Shown here: piece by piece, positions 30,074 through 40,017 of the stretch
How the letters are laid out: each line of letters starts with the position of its first letter
Position numbering within the stretch: position 1 is the first letter of the stretch
DNA from: an uncultured Prevotella sp.
Lineage (GTDB): Bacteria > Bacteroidota > Bacteroidia > Bacteroidales > Bacteroidaceae
Direction: 5' to 3'
DNA: 64,000 bases
Assembly: GCA_938028745.1 (NCBI GenBank)
Contig: CALIZL010000019.1
Coordinates: 47,193 to 111,192, forward strand
The notes under the pieces: model-generated
Told to the model about the DNA's origin: nothing
Databases searched by the model: none
Seen by the model: only the letters and a program-made list of their open reading frames with translations
Translations under genes and position numbers: made by a program

Positions 30074-31276
30074 TTATAGGTTGGAAACGATGGTATCTAT
30101 CACCTTCTCCTTTTGGAAATGTGCCAGATAGTAACGTTTGCCGTTCTCGCCCATCGCTTCAAGCTGTTGGGCAGACATCTCACTAAGCCTCAACACATTC
30201 TTGGCAAGTGCCTCATAGTCCGAGGCAGGTGCCGTAAGGCCACATTCGGCCGTTTCAATCACTTCGTTGCCAATGCCGTTGAGCATAGACACGATGGGCT
30301 TGCCAAAGGCCATGTACGATTGTGTTTTAGAAGGAATGGTAAGGGCGAAGATGGGTTCGTCGCGCAGCGACACAAGTAGCGCGTCGGCATGAACAAAAAG
30401 CGAGGGCATGTCTTCTAAGGGGTATCGCCCCAGAAAATGCACATTGCCATTCAGCCCCATAGCCTTAACCTTACGTTGAGCCGCTTCGCGTTTTCGGCCA
30501 TCGCCCACAACAACCCAATGAATGTGCGCGCAGGCCTTTGTTTCTGCCGCGGCCATCACAACAGCATCGAAATCTTGCGCCGCGCCAACATTGCCGGCAA
30601 ACACAACGATAAAGCCTTTCGGCATCAAAGCCTTGTGTTTCTCTTTATTGATAAGTGCCTTATCGAGAAACAAGTCTTCGGCCCAATTGGGGGCATACAC
30701 ATACTTTGCCTTGAAATTTCCTTTCTCTTCCACAGACTGCTTGAAGGCTGGCGACTGCAAGAACAAAGTATCCATGCTGGCGTAGATTTGCCTAACCATC
30801 TTGGTGAGCCACTTCTGCATACGCGGCCCTAGTTTCTTGCCCGTGGCCTCAACGCTTTCGGGCCAGAGGTCTTGCACCCAATACGAGGTGTTGACACGTT
30901 GGCGGCGTTTTAAAACCAAGCCTGCGTAGGCCTGCAATATGGGCGACGTTCCCCAACAAAACACCCTGTCGGCGGGTAAACGATGAAAAAGTACGTACGC
31001 ACATGAAAAGAAAATGAACGAGAAATAGTTGACAAAAAGAGCCAAGCTGCCACCTTTGCCGCGTGGAATGACGGGTACGCGTATCACGTCGGCACCAAAT
31101 AGCCGTTCGCGCTGTATGCCCCATTGCCTGTATCCCTTAAAGATTGTTCCGAAAGGATAGTTGGGCTTACCCGTAAGCACGGTTACCTGGTGTCCGCGCT
31201 CAACAAATCCCTTCACCAAATCGTTTACCTTAAAGTCTTCGGGATAAAAGTATTGCGTAACGACAACAATCTTCAT
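30074..31276 (-). CDS. wbuB: GT4 glycosyltransferase, WbuB-like (L-FucNAc/L-QuiNAc transferase type)
   Basis: The probable true start is MKIVVVTQYFYPEDFKVNDL, internal to the tracked ORF 30074-31333. Its ATG overlaps the stop of the upstream reductase (ATGA). GT4 C-terminal signatures are present. Confidence 0.8.
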   Translation of the reverse strand: MKIVVVTQYFYPEDFKVNDLVKGFVERGHQVTVLTGKPNYPFGTIFKGYRQWGIQRERLFGADVIRVPVIPRGKGGSLALFVNYFSFIFFSCAYVLFHRLPADRVFCWGTSPILQAYAGLVLKRRQRVNTSYWVQDLWPESVEATGKKLGPRMQKWLTKMVRQIYASMDTLFLQSPAFKQSVEEKGNFKAKYVYAPNWAEDLFLDKALINKEKHKALMPKGFIVVFAGNVGAAQDFDAVVMAAAETKACAHIHWVVVGDGRKREAAQRKVKAMGLNGNVHFLGRYPLEDMPSLFVHADALLVSLRDEPIFALTIPSKTQSYMAFGKPIVSMLNGIGNEVIETAECGLTAPASDYEALAKNVLRLSEMSAQQLEAMGENGKRYYLAHFQKEKVIDTIVSNL

Positions 31277-32148
31277 CGGCTTTGTTCCATGGGATAATTG
31301 GCTGCGTAGAGCGAGGCATGCCCGTCCATCCACTGTTTAAGCTCCGTGAGCATCTGCTTGTACGAGGGCACATCGTAGGCTAAACGTTGCGAGCGTGCAA
31401 TGCTCTTGTCCACGCCGTTCTTATCAACGGGAACGATTTCGATGGCCTTATGCCATATTTCCTTAAAGAGTTGCAAAAGGTCGAACTTGTTTATGCCTTC
31501 GCCATTGCTCACTTGCACAAGCCCCATAATGGGGTTTTGTATCACGTAATCAATGACCTTAGCCAATTCGAGTGTGGTTACTCCGCCCCAAATGGCCGTC
31601 TTATACCCCAAACATTGCTTTTCTTGGTGCATGAACCAATGGAACAAGCCCTCGCCATTGGCTTTAAGTTCGGGGCCCACAATTGATGTGCGCAATGTAA
31701 GGTGATTGTCGTCCACAATCTCGCCCAAGGCCTTGCTACGCCCATAAGTGTCGTCGGCATCTTTAAAGTCGTCCTCGGTGTAGTTGCCTTTCTTGCCAGA
31801 AAATACGCAATCTGTGCTGATGTGTATCAGCTTAGCCCCCACTTCGTCGGCCAGTGTTTTTAGGCGATGGGGCAAACAGGCGTTAATGTAGATGGCATTG
31901 GCAGGGTCTTTCTTCGCCCCTGCAATCAAAATGCCAATGCAATTTAAGATGATGTCGGGCTTTTGCGCCTTTACCACCTCCACCACATTGTTCCAATTGT
32001 TCACGTCTACCACGATGCTGCCGGGCGTTAGCGGCGTTCTATAAACCACGTCGACAAGCTTATAGCGTCCCGTTTCCTTTAAATAGTGGTAGGCAACATG
32101 GCCGGCCATCCCGGTTGCGCCCAGTAAAAGAATTTTCTTCATGTCCAT
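31273..32148 (-). CDS. RmlD-like NAD(P)-dependent sugar 4-reductase (UDP-6-deoxy-hexosamine reductase, WbvR/FnlB role)
   Basis: The 291-aa ORF has a Rossmann N-terminus (KILLLGATGMAGHVAYHYL) and a dTDP-4-dehydrorhamnose-reductase-like fold. It lies between the 2-epimerase and WbuB. Confidence 0.75.
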   Translation of the reverse strand: MDMKKILLLGATGMAGHVAYHYLKETGRYKLVDVVYRTPLTPGSIVVDVNNWNNVVEVVKAQKPDIILNCIGILIAGAKKDPANAIYINACLPHRLKTLADEVGAKLIHISTDCVFSGKKGNYTEDDFKDADDTYGRSKALGEIVDDNHLTLRTSIVGPELKANGEGLFHWFMHQEKQCLGYKTAIWGGVTTLELAKVIDYVIQNPIMGLVQVSNGEGINKFDLLQLFKEIWHKAIEIVPVDKNGVDKSIARSQRLAYDVPSYKQMLTELKQWMDGHASLYAANYPMEQSR

Positions 32149-32149
32149 A

Positions 32150-33274
32150 TTATGCTTTGTGCCAAACGGTACGGTTTATGTAATCGGTGTACGACAGAAT
32201 TATTCTAACCACCTTCGTAGATACGTTGTCGGCGGCATAGTCGGGTATGGGGTGTATGTTGGCTTTGCTTTCAGCATGTTGGGCCGTAACCACTTCTATG
32301 GCATCGAGTATTCGCTGCTGTTTAAGTCCGCTCATAACTACCGTTGCCTCGTCCATACCCTCTGGCCTTTCGTGTGCTTGCCTAATGGTAATGGCAGGGA
32401 AACTCATGATAGACGATTCTTCGGTGATTGTTCCGCTATCAGATATAACGCAGAAGGCGTTTTGTTGCAGCTTGTTGTAGTCCATAAAACCAAATGGTTT
32501 CATAAACTCGATAAGCGGATTTTCGTTGGCAAAACCTATGCTTTCAAGCTTTTTGCGCGTTCGGGGATGTGTGGAAACGATAACCCGTTTGTTGTACTTT
32601 TGCGTAATGGCGTTGAGCGATTGCAGCAAATCGTCAAGGTTTTCGGGCGAGTCTACATTCTCTTCCCGATGTGCACTGACGATGAAATACTCGCCGGCGC
32701 GCAGTTTTTCTTGTTCAAGAATGTTGGATTGTTCAATCTTGGCAGCGTAATAGGCCAGCACCTCGGTCATGGGCGAACCAGTTTTGATAATGGTTTCGGG
32801 CCTTATGCCCTCTGACATGAGGTAACGCCGAGCATGTTCGGACAACGGCATGTTGATGTCGCTTAGGTGATCTACAATCTTTCGGTTCACTTCTTCGGGC
32901 ACACGTTGGTCGAAACAGCGGTTGCCTGCCTCCATGTGGAAGATGGGAATCTTTCTTTTCTTAGCCGATATAACGGCCATGCAGCTATTAGTGTCGCCGT
33001 ATAGCAACACGGCATCGGGCTTTACTGTTTCCAACAGCTCATCGGTTTTCTTCACCACGTTGGCAATGGTTTGTGCGGCAGTCTGTCCTGCGGCATCCAA
33101 GAAATAGTCGGGCTTTCTCAACTCCAGCTCTTTAAAGAATATCTCATTGAGTTCGTAATCAAAGTTTTGCCCAGTATGTACCAAGGTCTGCTGGGTATAT
33201 TTGTCTAGTTCGGCAATAACCCTGCTCAGTTTAATTATTTCGGGGCGAGTGCCCACGATGGTCATTATCTTCAT
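32150..33274 (-). CDS. Non-hydrolysing UDP-N-acetylglucosamine 2-epimerase (FnlC/WbvD/WecB family)
   Basis: The 374-aa ORF has the N-terminus MKIMTIVGTRPEIIKLSRVIAELDKY and the motifs HTGQNFDYELNEIFF and VLLYGDTNS. Confidence 0.9.
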   Translation of the reverse strand: MKIMTIVGTRPEIIKLSRVIAELDKYTQQTLVHTGQNFDYELNEIFFKELELRKPDYFLDAAGQTAAQTIANVVKKTDELLETVKPDAVLLYGDTNSCMAVISAKKRKIPIFHMEAGNRCFDQRVPEEVNRKIVDHLSDINMPLSEHARRYLMSEGIRPETIIKTGSPMTEVLAYYAAKIEQSNILEQEKLRAGEYFIVSAHREENVDSPENLDDLLQSLNAITQKYNKRVIVSTHPRTRKKLESIGFANENPLIEFMKPFGFMDYNKLQQNAFCVISDSGTITEESSIMSFPAITIRQAHERPEGMDEATVVMSGLKQQRILDAIEVVTAQHAESKANIHPIPDYAADNVSTKVVRIILSYTDYINRTVWHKA

Positions 33275-33300
33275 TTGTGTTTAGTTTAGGACTTTGCTGG

Positions 33301-34374
33301 TTACTCACTTCTTATTTCTTTTGTTTTCTGTCGTGGTTCCAAGCCAAGGTCTTCCCTGATAAAGCGCAACTTCATCAACAACGTTTCCATCTCTTCTACC
33401 GATAGCTGGTGCGTGTTATGCGAGTTGTAATCCTCTGAAACGGATATGGCCTCGTTGCCTTCGGTAAAAAACTTATCGTAGTTCAAGTCGCGCGTATCAA
33501 CGGGAATGCGGAAGTATCTGCCCATGTCTACCGCCCTAACCATCTCTTCGCGTGTAACCAACGTTTCTGAAAGCTTTTCGCCATGACGTGTGCCAATAAC
33601 CTTAATGGGTGTTTGCAGATACTTAGGGTCTACCTTTGCATATACCTTTCTTAGTGCATGCGCAAGCACGTCAAGGGTTGCCGCAGGTGCTTTTTGCACA
33701 AAGAGGTCGCCATTCTTGGCATTGGTAAAGGCATAAATAACCAAGTCTACGGCATCGTCTAGGGTCATCATAAAGCGCGTCATATTCGGGTCGGTAATGG
33801 TAATGGGGTTTCCTGCAACCATCTGTTCTACCCAAAGCGGTATCACCGACCCCCTGCTGGCCATCACATTGCCATATCTTGTGCAGCAAACCGTGGTTTT
33901 AGTGTTTTCGCCCAACTCCCTACCCTTAGCACAAACAACCTTTTCCATCAGTGCTTTGCTCATGCCCATAGCATTGACGGGATAGGCCGCCTTATCGGTA
34001 GACAGCACCACAACCCTACTAACGCCATGCTCTATGGCCGAAAGCAGCACGTTGTTTGTACCTAGTATATTGGTATGAACGGCCTCTATGGGAAAGAACT
34101 CGCACGAAGGAACTTGTTTTAGTGCGGCCGCACTATACACATAATCCACCCCTTGCATGGCAACATCAACGCTCTGCTTGTCGCGAACGTTACCAATATA
34201 GTATTTCACTTTGGGATTTTGCAGGGTGTGTCGCATGTCGTCTTGCTTTTTTTCATCGCGCGAGAAGATGCGTATTTCCTTTATGTCAGAGTCTAGGAAC
34301 CTGCGTAGAACGGCGTTTCCAAACGAACCCGTGCCACCAGTTATCAGTAAGGTTTTATCTTTAAATACAGACAT
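33301..34374 (-). CDS. UDP-GlcNAc 4,6-dehydratase/5-epimerase (FnlA/CapE/WbvB family)
   Basis: The true start is the internal MSVFKDKTLLITGGTGSFGNAVLRRFL (ATG at 34372-34374). The track ORF 33301-34893 has a spurious 173-aa N-terminal extension. A CapE-type extended SDR motif, AAALKQVP, is present. Confidence 0.85.
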   Translation of the reverse strand: MSVFKDKTLLITGGTGSFGNAVLRRFLDSDIKEIRIFSRDEKKQDDMRHTLQNPKVKYYIGNVRDKQSVDVAMQGVDYVYSAAALKQVPSCEFFPIEAVHTNILGTNNVLLSAIEHGVSRVVVLSTDKAAYPVNAMGMSKALMEKVVCAKGRELGENTKTTVCCTRYGNVMASRGSVIPLWVEQMVAGNPITITDPNMTRFMMTLDDAVDLVIYAFTNAKNGDLFVQKAPAATLDVLAHALRKVYAKVDPKYLQTPIKVIGTRHGEKLSETLVTREEMVRAVDMGRYFRIPVDTRDLNYDKFFTEGNEAISVSEDYNSHNTHQLSVEEMETLLMKLRFIREDLGLEPRQKTKEIRSE

Positions 34375-34589
34375 AATACATATTATATATATACTTATAT
34401 TGAAGTCGTCTTGCCTTTTTTGTTTCTTTAAATTAAGAGGGGGGCTATCTCTGTGTTGCGAAAAAACGAGATACTCTCCCCTTTCATGTACAAAGTTCTT
34501 GACAAAGATACGATAAAAATTGAAAAATACACCATTTATACGTGGTAAAACGTGGATATACCCCAAAAACAGAGGCAAACTTATAAATC

Positions 34590-35375
34590 GACTCACGCAC
34601 AAACTCACCAAGTAGCCAACACATAAACCTACCAACACACCCACTCCTTCACTCACCAGAGTGCCGCATTTTGTCTTATTTTCGGCATTAATTTTAACAT
34701 TGTGAGTGCCTTTGTAATCCACCAATCGTCCATTCGACCGCAAAAAATCGATTCTCGCGAAGGTTTGTTTAGGTGCTAAAAGAAGATGGTTGTTAATGCA
34801 TGCAAAATGAATGTACATTGCATAAAACTGCAATTTGCACCTACTTTTGGGCTGTTTACAGCAAAATGTTGTGCAATATGCTGCAAAACGCACTGCATTT
34901 TGGTGCTAAACGCAAGCCATTTTGGTGCAAAACGCAAGCCATTTTGGTGCAAAACACGAGGCATTTTGGTGCTAAACGCAAGGCAAAACGCTGCAAAACG
35001 CAAGGCGAAACGCATAAAAATACGCATCAAAGCGATAGAAAAACCCTTTCGAACCATTAAAAACAGGGCTCAAAAGGGGTAAAACATACATCAAAAAGTG
35101 GGGTTTTAGCGGCTAAAAGCAGGAAATTTGGGGTGAGAAAAAGACGAATCAGCAACCAAATAGAAAGGTAAAATGCAGCTAAATGCGGACAATTTTCTCG
35201 AAAGAAGACAAAATGAGGAAGGCATAAGGCCGCAATTTCTTGCTAAAAGCATACATTTTGGCCATTATTTTCGCTAGAAGGGGTTGGTCAGAAGTGTGCG
35301 TTTTGTAAAGTTTATGGTAAGTTTGTGAGTTGTTAAGTTTGTGAGGTTGTGAGCTTAGAAGTTGATGGGTTGATG
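34590..35375. repeat. Composite intergenic repeat element, copy 2. It has core A, a 22-mer array at 34893-35010, core B and degenerate GAGTTNNT 8-mers, but no 9-mer array. It is inserted inside the polysaccharide locus between fnlA and the downstream GT genes.
   Basis: It is about 85-90% identical to the copy 1 cores, for example aattttaacattgtgagtgcctttgtaatccaccaatcg...cgattctcgcgaaggtttg and ccattaaaaaca...gtggggttttagcggctaaaagcag. Confidence 0.85.
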
Positions 35376-35535
35376 CCACTTTTCGAGATAACCACATTTA
35401 TGCACTTACAGATGGTTCTGAATTTTAAATTTCATCGCACCTTTATCAAGTACTTCGCACACGAGCGAAAGCCTTATCGTGTATGCTTAAAACATAAGTT
35501 CGTTGCAAAGTTATGCCTTGACATACATTACAGCT

Positions 35536-36624
35536 TCATTGCAAGATATTGAAAAGAATATCCCAAGAATTGTTTTCTTCTGGCTTAAACAAGGGGTATC
35601 TGATACGCATGTTACATCTCCGTTCTATTGCATTCTTCCACCCTGCTACATCATCCTTTGCAACGTATTCAACCCCTTCATAGCCATCAAGTGCCTCATG
35701 AGCATAGGCTTCGTCGCTAGCAATGATGGGAAGACCATACGAGGCGGCCTCGACAAGGGGTAGCCCCAGGGTTTCTAACCAGCTGGGAAAAACCAAGGCG
35801 TGGGCATGCTGGTACATACTTTGTAAGTGAGTATGCGAAACCAAGCCTAAGAATTCTATATTGGAAGAAAGCCCATTGTCTTCAATCTGCCGTTGAAGAA
35901 CTTTGTTAATACCCTCTCTTAAAGTGAAATGTAGTTTAATTTGGGACACCATTTCAGGTTTTTCGCGTTGAAGTTCAACAAGTGCTTGTAGCAATATCGC
36001 GTGGTTTTTGTAGCAGAAATCTGTTGCAGGATAAATAAAATGGTAGTACTTGCTATCAAACAGTTGTGTGTATTGTTTTTCGTCACCATTTTCTTTTAAT
36101 ATCGTTGGACGTATAACATGTATTTGCTGCTCTGGTATTCTAAAACGCCTGACAAACATTCTTTTTATAAAGTTAGCCTGCACAACCACAAGCACGTCTC
36201 TTTTTAAGAGTAGACGAAGATAATGCGGATACAGCGATGTATAGAAAAAGAGTGTACGTTCGTTACGTTTAAAAGGATTCCAACAGACCTCTATCAACGA
36301 CAGCGCATTGTGAAAATACACAATCTGCTTGGCATTGGTACCCCTCACACAAGTGTTTTGAAAAGAAAGAATCCAGTCTGGGCTTATTCCCAATTGCTTG
36401 GTCAAGCATCGAAATCCAAAAAAATCGAAGAAAACACGACGCAGCCCACGTGTATTTACTACCACATATTGTACCTGTGGAATGTTAGGTTGTGGCATTG
36501 AGGGGTCTACGAACACAAAATAGTGGTCGTTATCGATTCTTGTTGCAAGCTGTTCTATGAATTGTTTGTAAATGACCAACGCACCTGATGCGCGTGACGC
36601 TGTTGCTATAACGAAAACATTCAT
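35536..36624 (-). CDS. GT4-family glycosyltransferase
   Basis: The 362-aa ORF has a C-terminal GT4 signature (FPSWLETLGLPLVEAASYGLPIIASD). Confidence 0.8.
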   Translation of the reverse strand: MNVFVIATASRASGALVIYKQFIEQLATRIDNDHYFVFVDPSMPQPNIPQVQYVVVNTRGLRRVFFDFFGFRCLTKQLGISPDWILSFQNTCVRGTNAKQIVYFHNALSLIEVCWNPFKRNERTLFFYTSLYPHYLRLLLKRDVLVVVQANFIKRMFVRRFRIPEQQIHVIRPTILKENGDEKQYTQLFDSKYYHFIYPATDFCYKNHAILLQALVELQREKPEMVSQIKLHFTLREGINKVLQRQIEDNGLSSNIEFLGLVSHTHLQSMYQHAHALVFPSWLETLGLPLVEAASYGLPIIASDEAYAHEALDGYEGVEYVAKDDVAGWKNAIERRCNMRIRYPLFKPEENNSWDILFNILQ

Positions 36625-36888
36625 GGGATAACATGTTTTAATTTATTCTTTAACGAGTTCGTGCTTTGAGCTTTTGTAAACAAACTGCCGTATTCTTCTT
36701 GCCTTGTCTTCTACAAATTTATTAAGTATCTTATCATACAATCTTTAATTTTCGCTTTCTATTGTTAACATTGTCCTTTCCTACTGATTGTTTATTCATC
36801 TATTTTGCTGCAAGAGAATCTTTATCTGCATAACCCGTCCAGCTATGCCGCTTTTTGCTTGCCTACACACAGATTGGCTTATACTTAT

Positions 36889-37893
36889 TTAGAAAGTGGC
36901 GTTAAGCAAGTAAAGGACAAGATGGTCGTATGTATAATTCTCCATAAAGTGCCGATAAACCTTGTCAGCAATTTCATGTCGTTCAGTTGGGTGTGCAAGA
37001 TAATATCTCAGCTTGTCTATCCCCTCATCAATGCTTCTGAAACTGACTAACTCAGGGTCGACGGGTAATAAATCCTTTAGAATAGGCCGATAGTCAGACA
37101 ATTGAAAAGCCCCACAACCGTTAACTTCAAAGAAACGATTGTTTACGGATTCTATCTCTGCATAGTGCATTTGATTAAAAACAACCTTTGCACCAAAAAG
37201 TGATTTTGCTTTCTCGTTTCCTGAAAGGTATCGGTTCTGATATGCGGCACTCAGTCTTGAGTCAAAAAAACGATTTGGTTTTGTTCCATAGACCTGAAGG
37301 CTAATCCCTGATTTAATAACTTCATACAACATTCGAGAGCGATAAGGATATATTGTGCCGTAAGTCATCACATCGACTTGTGCCTTCTCTTCTGCTGCAA
37401 CTTTAGAGATTTCAGGTTTCGTGTGAACGCGTGGATTAAAGGCTTCATGATACAATTTTACCTTCAACTTCATATTATCTTGCATGAACCGAACAATATA
37501 GGGATCTTTTGTGAAATACAAATCATAGTCGGAAGCAAAAATTTGTTGATACTCAAAAGTGGTTAGAGCATCAGGGTTAACTTGTATTACCATACACTCG
37601 CAATTTGCTTTGAGATAACTTACAAAGCAAGGATGGATGAAACGATACACGCAGATAACGAGATTAGGTTGCATGGCAGACACTTTCTGAGCATATTTAA
37701 GAAAAAGTTTCTTATCGTAAGTATCGCTGTATCGGCGTGCAAGATTGTCGATAACATTTCCATATCTTCCCTTAACCCACGCCCTGTCCAACGGATCGAC
37801 AATTGAACAAAGGTGTCCTGCATGGATAAATGCATCATGTAGATGGTATTCCATCGAATCAAATGCGCAAGAACCTATAATAATGACATTCAT
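36889..37893 (-). CDS. CgeB-family / DUF3880-like glycosyltransferase
   Basis: The 334-aa ORF has the C-terminal motif FFEVNGCGAFQLSD, which is typical of CgeB-like GT4 relatives. The call is from memory. Confidence 0.55.
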   Translation of the reverse strand: MNVIIIGSCAFDSMEYHLHDAFIHAGHLCSIVDPLDRAWVKGRYGNVIDNLARRYSDTYDKKLFLKYAQKVSAMQPNLVICVYRFIHPCFVSYLKANCECMVIQVNPDALTTFEYQQIFASDYDLYFTKDPYIVRFMQDNMKLKVKLYHEAFNPRVHTKPEISKVAAEEKAQVDVMTYGTIYPYRSRMLYEVIKSGISLQVYGTKPNRFFDSRLSAAYQNRYLSGNEKAKSLFGAKVVFNQMHYAEIESVNNRFFEVNGCGAFQLSDYRPILKDLLPVDPELVSFRSIDEGIDKLRYYLAHPTERHEIADKVYRHFMENYTYDHLVLYLLNATF

Positions 37894-37902
37894 AAGTTGT
37901 TT

Positions 37903-38970
37903 TTATATTCCTTGATATATCTCTTGATATTGAGTTACAATTCTTTCAACATTGAAACGCTGTACGTTCTGCAAGCCTTGTGCGATGCAGTTTTCTCTAA
38001 ACCTTGGATTGGTTATGACGTTACAGAATGCAGCGTGTATGTTTTCTACCGAAGTCGGGTCTACTAAACATGCGCCTTTGCCTGCTATCTCGCACATAGG
38101 GGTTAGAAGGGAAGTAACCACTGCTCGCCCAGTGGCTTGGGCCTCAATGATGGGCATCCCGAAACCTTCGAAGATGGAAGGAAACGAAACTAAGTCGCAT
38201 TGACGATAGCAATCCAACAGTTCGTCGTCGCTAATGTTCACCTTATTTTCATAGCTCACGCCATGCTCTTGCAATTGTTGCTTGGCAGCATCGCTCAGTG
38301 CGCCCACTATTATCAGCTTGCAGTTTATGCCTTTCAAGGCCAATGCTACACGTTCGAGGTTCTTGTTCCAGCCCGTCCCGATGTGTAATATCGTGGGGCA
38401 GTGCTCGTCAAACACTTTTGGCGCAGGGGTAAAGAGTGGGTCTATGGGGTTATGCACCGTGAAAACCTTACTGGGATTGAGCCAAGGAAAGGCAGAAAGC
38501 AACTCGGCCTTCGTGGTTTCGGATATGCAGGTAATTCTGCCAACACGTCGAAGTGGCCAATCGAACCATAGCTTTCGCCACAAATACTTCTTTATGGGGT
38601 TGCCACCAAGCCTCAAAGTAACGAGGTCGTGTATGGTGAGCACCGTGTTGCGGGCGGGCAGAGCCAAGGCCAAGTAGTGCAAGTCGCCCGTTATGTGGTT
38701 TATTCCTCTACGATTTCTGTTTTTGTAAGCCCACCACAAGTTGCGCAAGATGCTCCAGGGCAACGCCCTATAATCGGGTGCCGATATGCCAATTGCGCGC
38801 TTGGGGCCGAGGGCTTGCACGATGGGCGAGAACACTCGGTGCATGCTAAACCCCGCTTTCTTGTTTCTGAAAAAGAAAGTTATGTGCTGGTTATTATTGG
38901 TCTTGTCGTGCATAATTGGTGTTGATAAATATTCCCTTATAGGGTTCAAAATAGTCTGTTCCTTCTCCAT
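37903..38970 (-). CDS. GT4-family glycosyltransferase
   Basis: The 355-aa ORF has the motif FPSIFEGFGMPIIEAQATGRAVVTS. It overlaps the upstream Wzy-like gene by 77 bp if the first ATG is used. The true start may be the internal Met at 38844 or 38913. Confidence 0.75.
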   Translation of the reverse strand: MEKEQTILNPIREYLSTPIMHDKTNNNQHITFFFRNKKAGFSMHRVFSPIVQALGPKRAIGISAPDYRALPWSILRNLWWAYKNRNRRGINHITGDLHYLALALPARNTVLTIHDLVTLRLGGNPIKKYLWRKLWFDWPLRRVGRITCISETTKAELLSAFPWLNPSKVFTVHNPIDPLFTPAPKVFDEHCPTILHIGTGWNKNLERVALALKGINCKLIIVGALSDAAKQQLQEHGVSYENKVNISDDELLDCYRQCDLVSFPSIFEGFGMPIIEAQATGRAVVTSLLTPMCEIAGKGACLVDPTSVENIHAAFCNVITNPRFRENCIAQGLQNVQRFNVERIVTQYQEIYQGI

Positions 38971-40006
38971 AGTTCAAAAAGCCCTTGCTAATGTTTATCC
39001 AACAATAGGCGGTTAGGGTGAACATGATGGCCAACTTGCCGTAGTTGGGGCGGAAAAGCGTGAGCACGTATGGAACAATGAATATCTCCATCAAGTTGTA
39101 ATACAACAGGGCACGGCTTACGAACACTTGCAACATGGTGCCGTTGAACAGCACATAGAAGATGGAACCGAGGAAGTAGAGGTTGAAAAAGGTGTAATAC
39201 AATTTCGACTTATGCTCTACATACTTGTCGAAAATCATCAGCAAAGCTATCCATATCAGCTTTCTGAACAATGAAAAGAGCGTGGAGACGACAGAGACGT
39301 CGTAATTAAAATTCATGTATGTGTCCATTCTCTTCAAGTCGTCTTCGCTACTTACAAATACGGAGAGCAGTGGAGCCACCTTGTTTACTATCCCCGACAT
39401 CGAGATAAGTATGGCTATGCCCAACACGGCGATGAGATATTTGTTGCTTATCTTGCGCGAAAGGAACAAGGCGAAAATACATACGACGGCCGATTTGTGG
39501 AAGAAACAGGCCAAGACCACGCACAGAAAAAAGGACCAACGCCTGTCTTTTACGAGGAAAAGAAAGCCGAAGGCGTAGATGGCCAATGCCAAAAACTGCC
39601 TGTTGGTGCCCATGTAGGGAACAATCACCATATAAAGCAGCAGCAAAGACACAAAGGGTGAGGTGGACAACTTAAACACAGCATAGAACATCAGGGTATA
39701 GAACACCAGGGCATGAATGATGAGGTAAGCCGTGTAATTGTCTGTTACCACGCGTATGGGCAGCATAAATAAGTAATAACCCACCTCAAAAAGCGGTTCG
39801 GTTATGCTGAAATCTACCAGCAGCTTGTCGAAATAGCTCGTGTATGGAATCCAGTCGCAACCCGTTTCCCAACGAAAACCATCGTGAAATATCAAGAATG
39901 CGTAGCAGATGAAGGCAAAGAGCATTCTGTATTTCTTAACCGTATCTTGATTGAACACTTCAAGATAGGCGAACACGGAGAGGAAAAGGGTGGCAAACAA
40001 ATACAT
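38894..40006 (-). CDS. EpsG-family / Wzy-like polysaccharide polymerase (multi-TM)
   Basis: The 370-aa protein is highly hydrophobic with about 10 predicted TM segments and an EpsG-like composition. It sits between Wzz and the GTs. Confidence 0.7.
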   Translation of the reverse strand: MYLFATLFLSVFAYLEVFNQDTVKKYRMLFAFICYAFLIFHDGFRWETGCDWIPYTSYFDKLLVDFSITEPLFEVGYYLFMLPIRVVTDNYTAYLIIHALVFYTLMFYAVFKLSTSPFVSLLLLYMVIVPYMGTNRQFLALAIYAFGFLFLVKDRRWSFFLCVVLACFFHKSAVVCIFALFLSRKISNKYLIAVLGIAILISMSGIVNKVAPLLSVFVSSEDDLKRMDTYMNFNYDVSVVSTLFSLFRKLIWIALLMIFDKYVEHKSKLYYTFFNLYFLGSIFYVLFNGTMLQVFVSRALLYYNLMEIFIVPYVLTLFRPNYGKLAIMFTLTAYCWINISKGFLNYGEGTDYFEPYKGIFINTNYARQDQ

Positions 40007-40017
40007 CGTTGGATTTG

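Noticed and set aside
34375-34893. A 173-aa N-terminal extension of the FnlA/CapE ORF from the ORF track
   Set aside because: Homology starts at the internal MSVFKDKTLLITGGTGSFGN, the Rossmann start of CapE-like enzymes. The upstream part lies in the AT-rich intergenic or repeat-adjacent region and has no signal of coding.
38844-38970. A 77-bp overlap between the GT4 gene (37903-38970) and the Wzy-like gene (38894-40006)
   Set aside because: It is probably an artefact of choosing the longest ORF. Internal Met codons at 38913 or 38844 would reduce or remove the overlap. I kept the gene but noted the start uncertainty rather than calling a frameshift or pseudogene.
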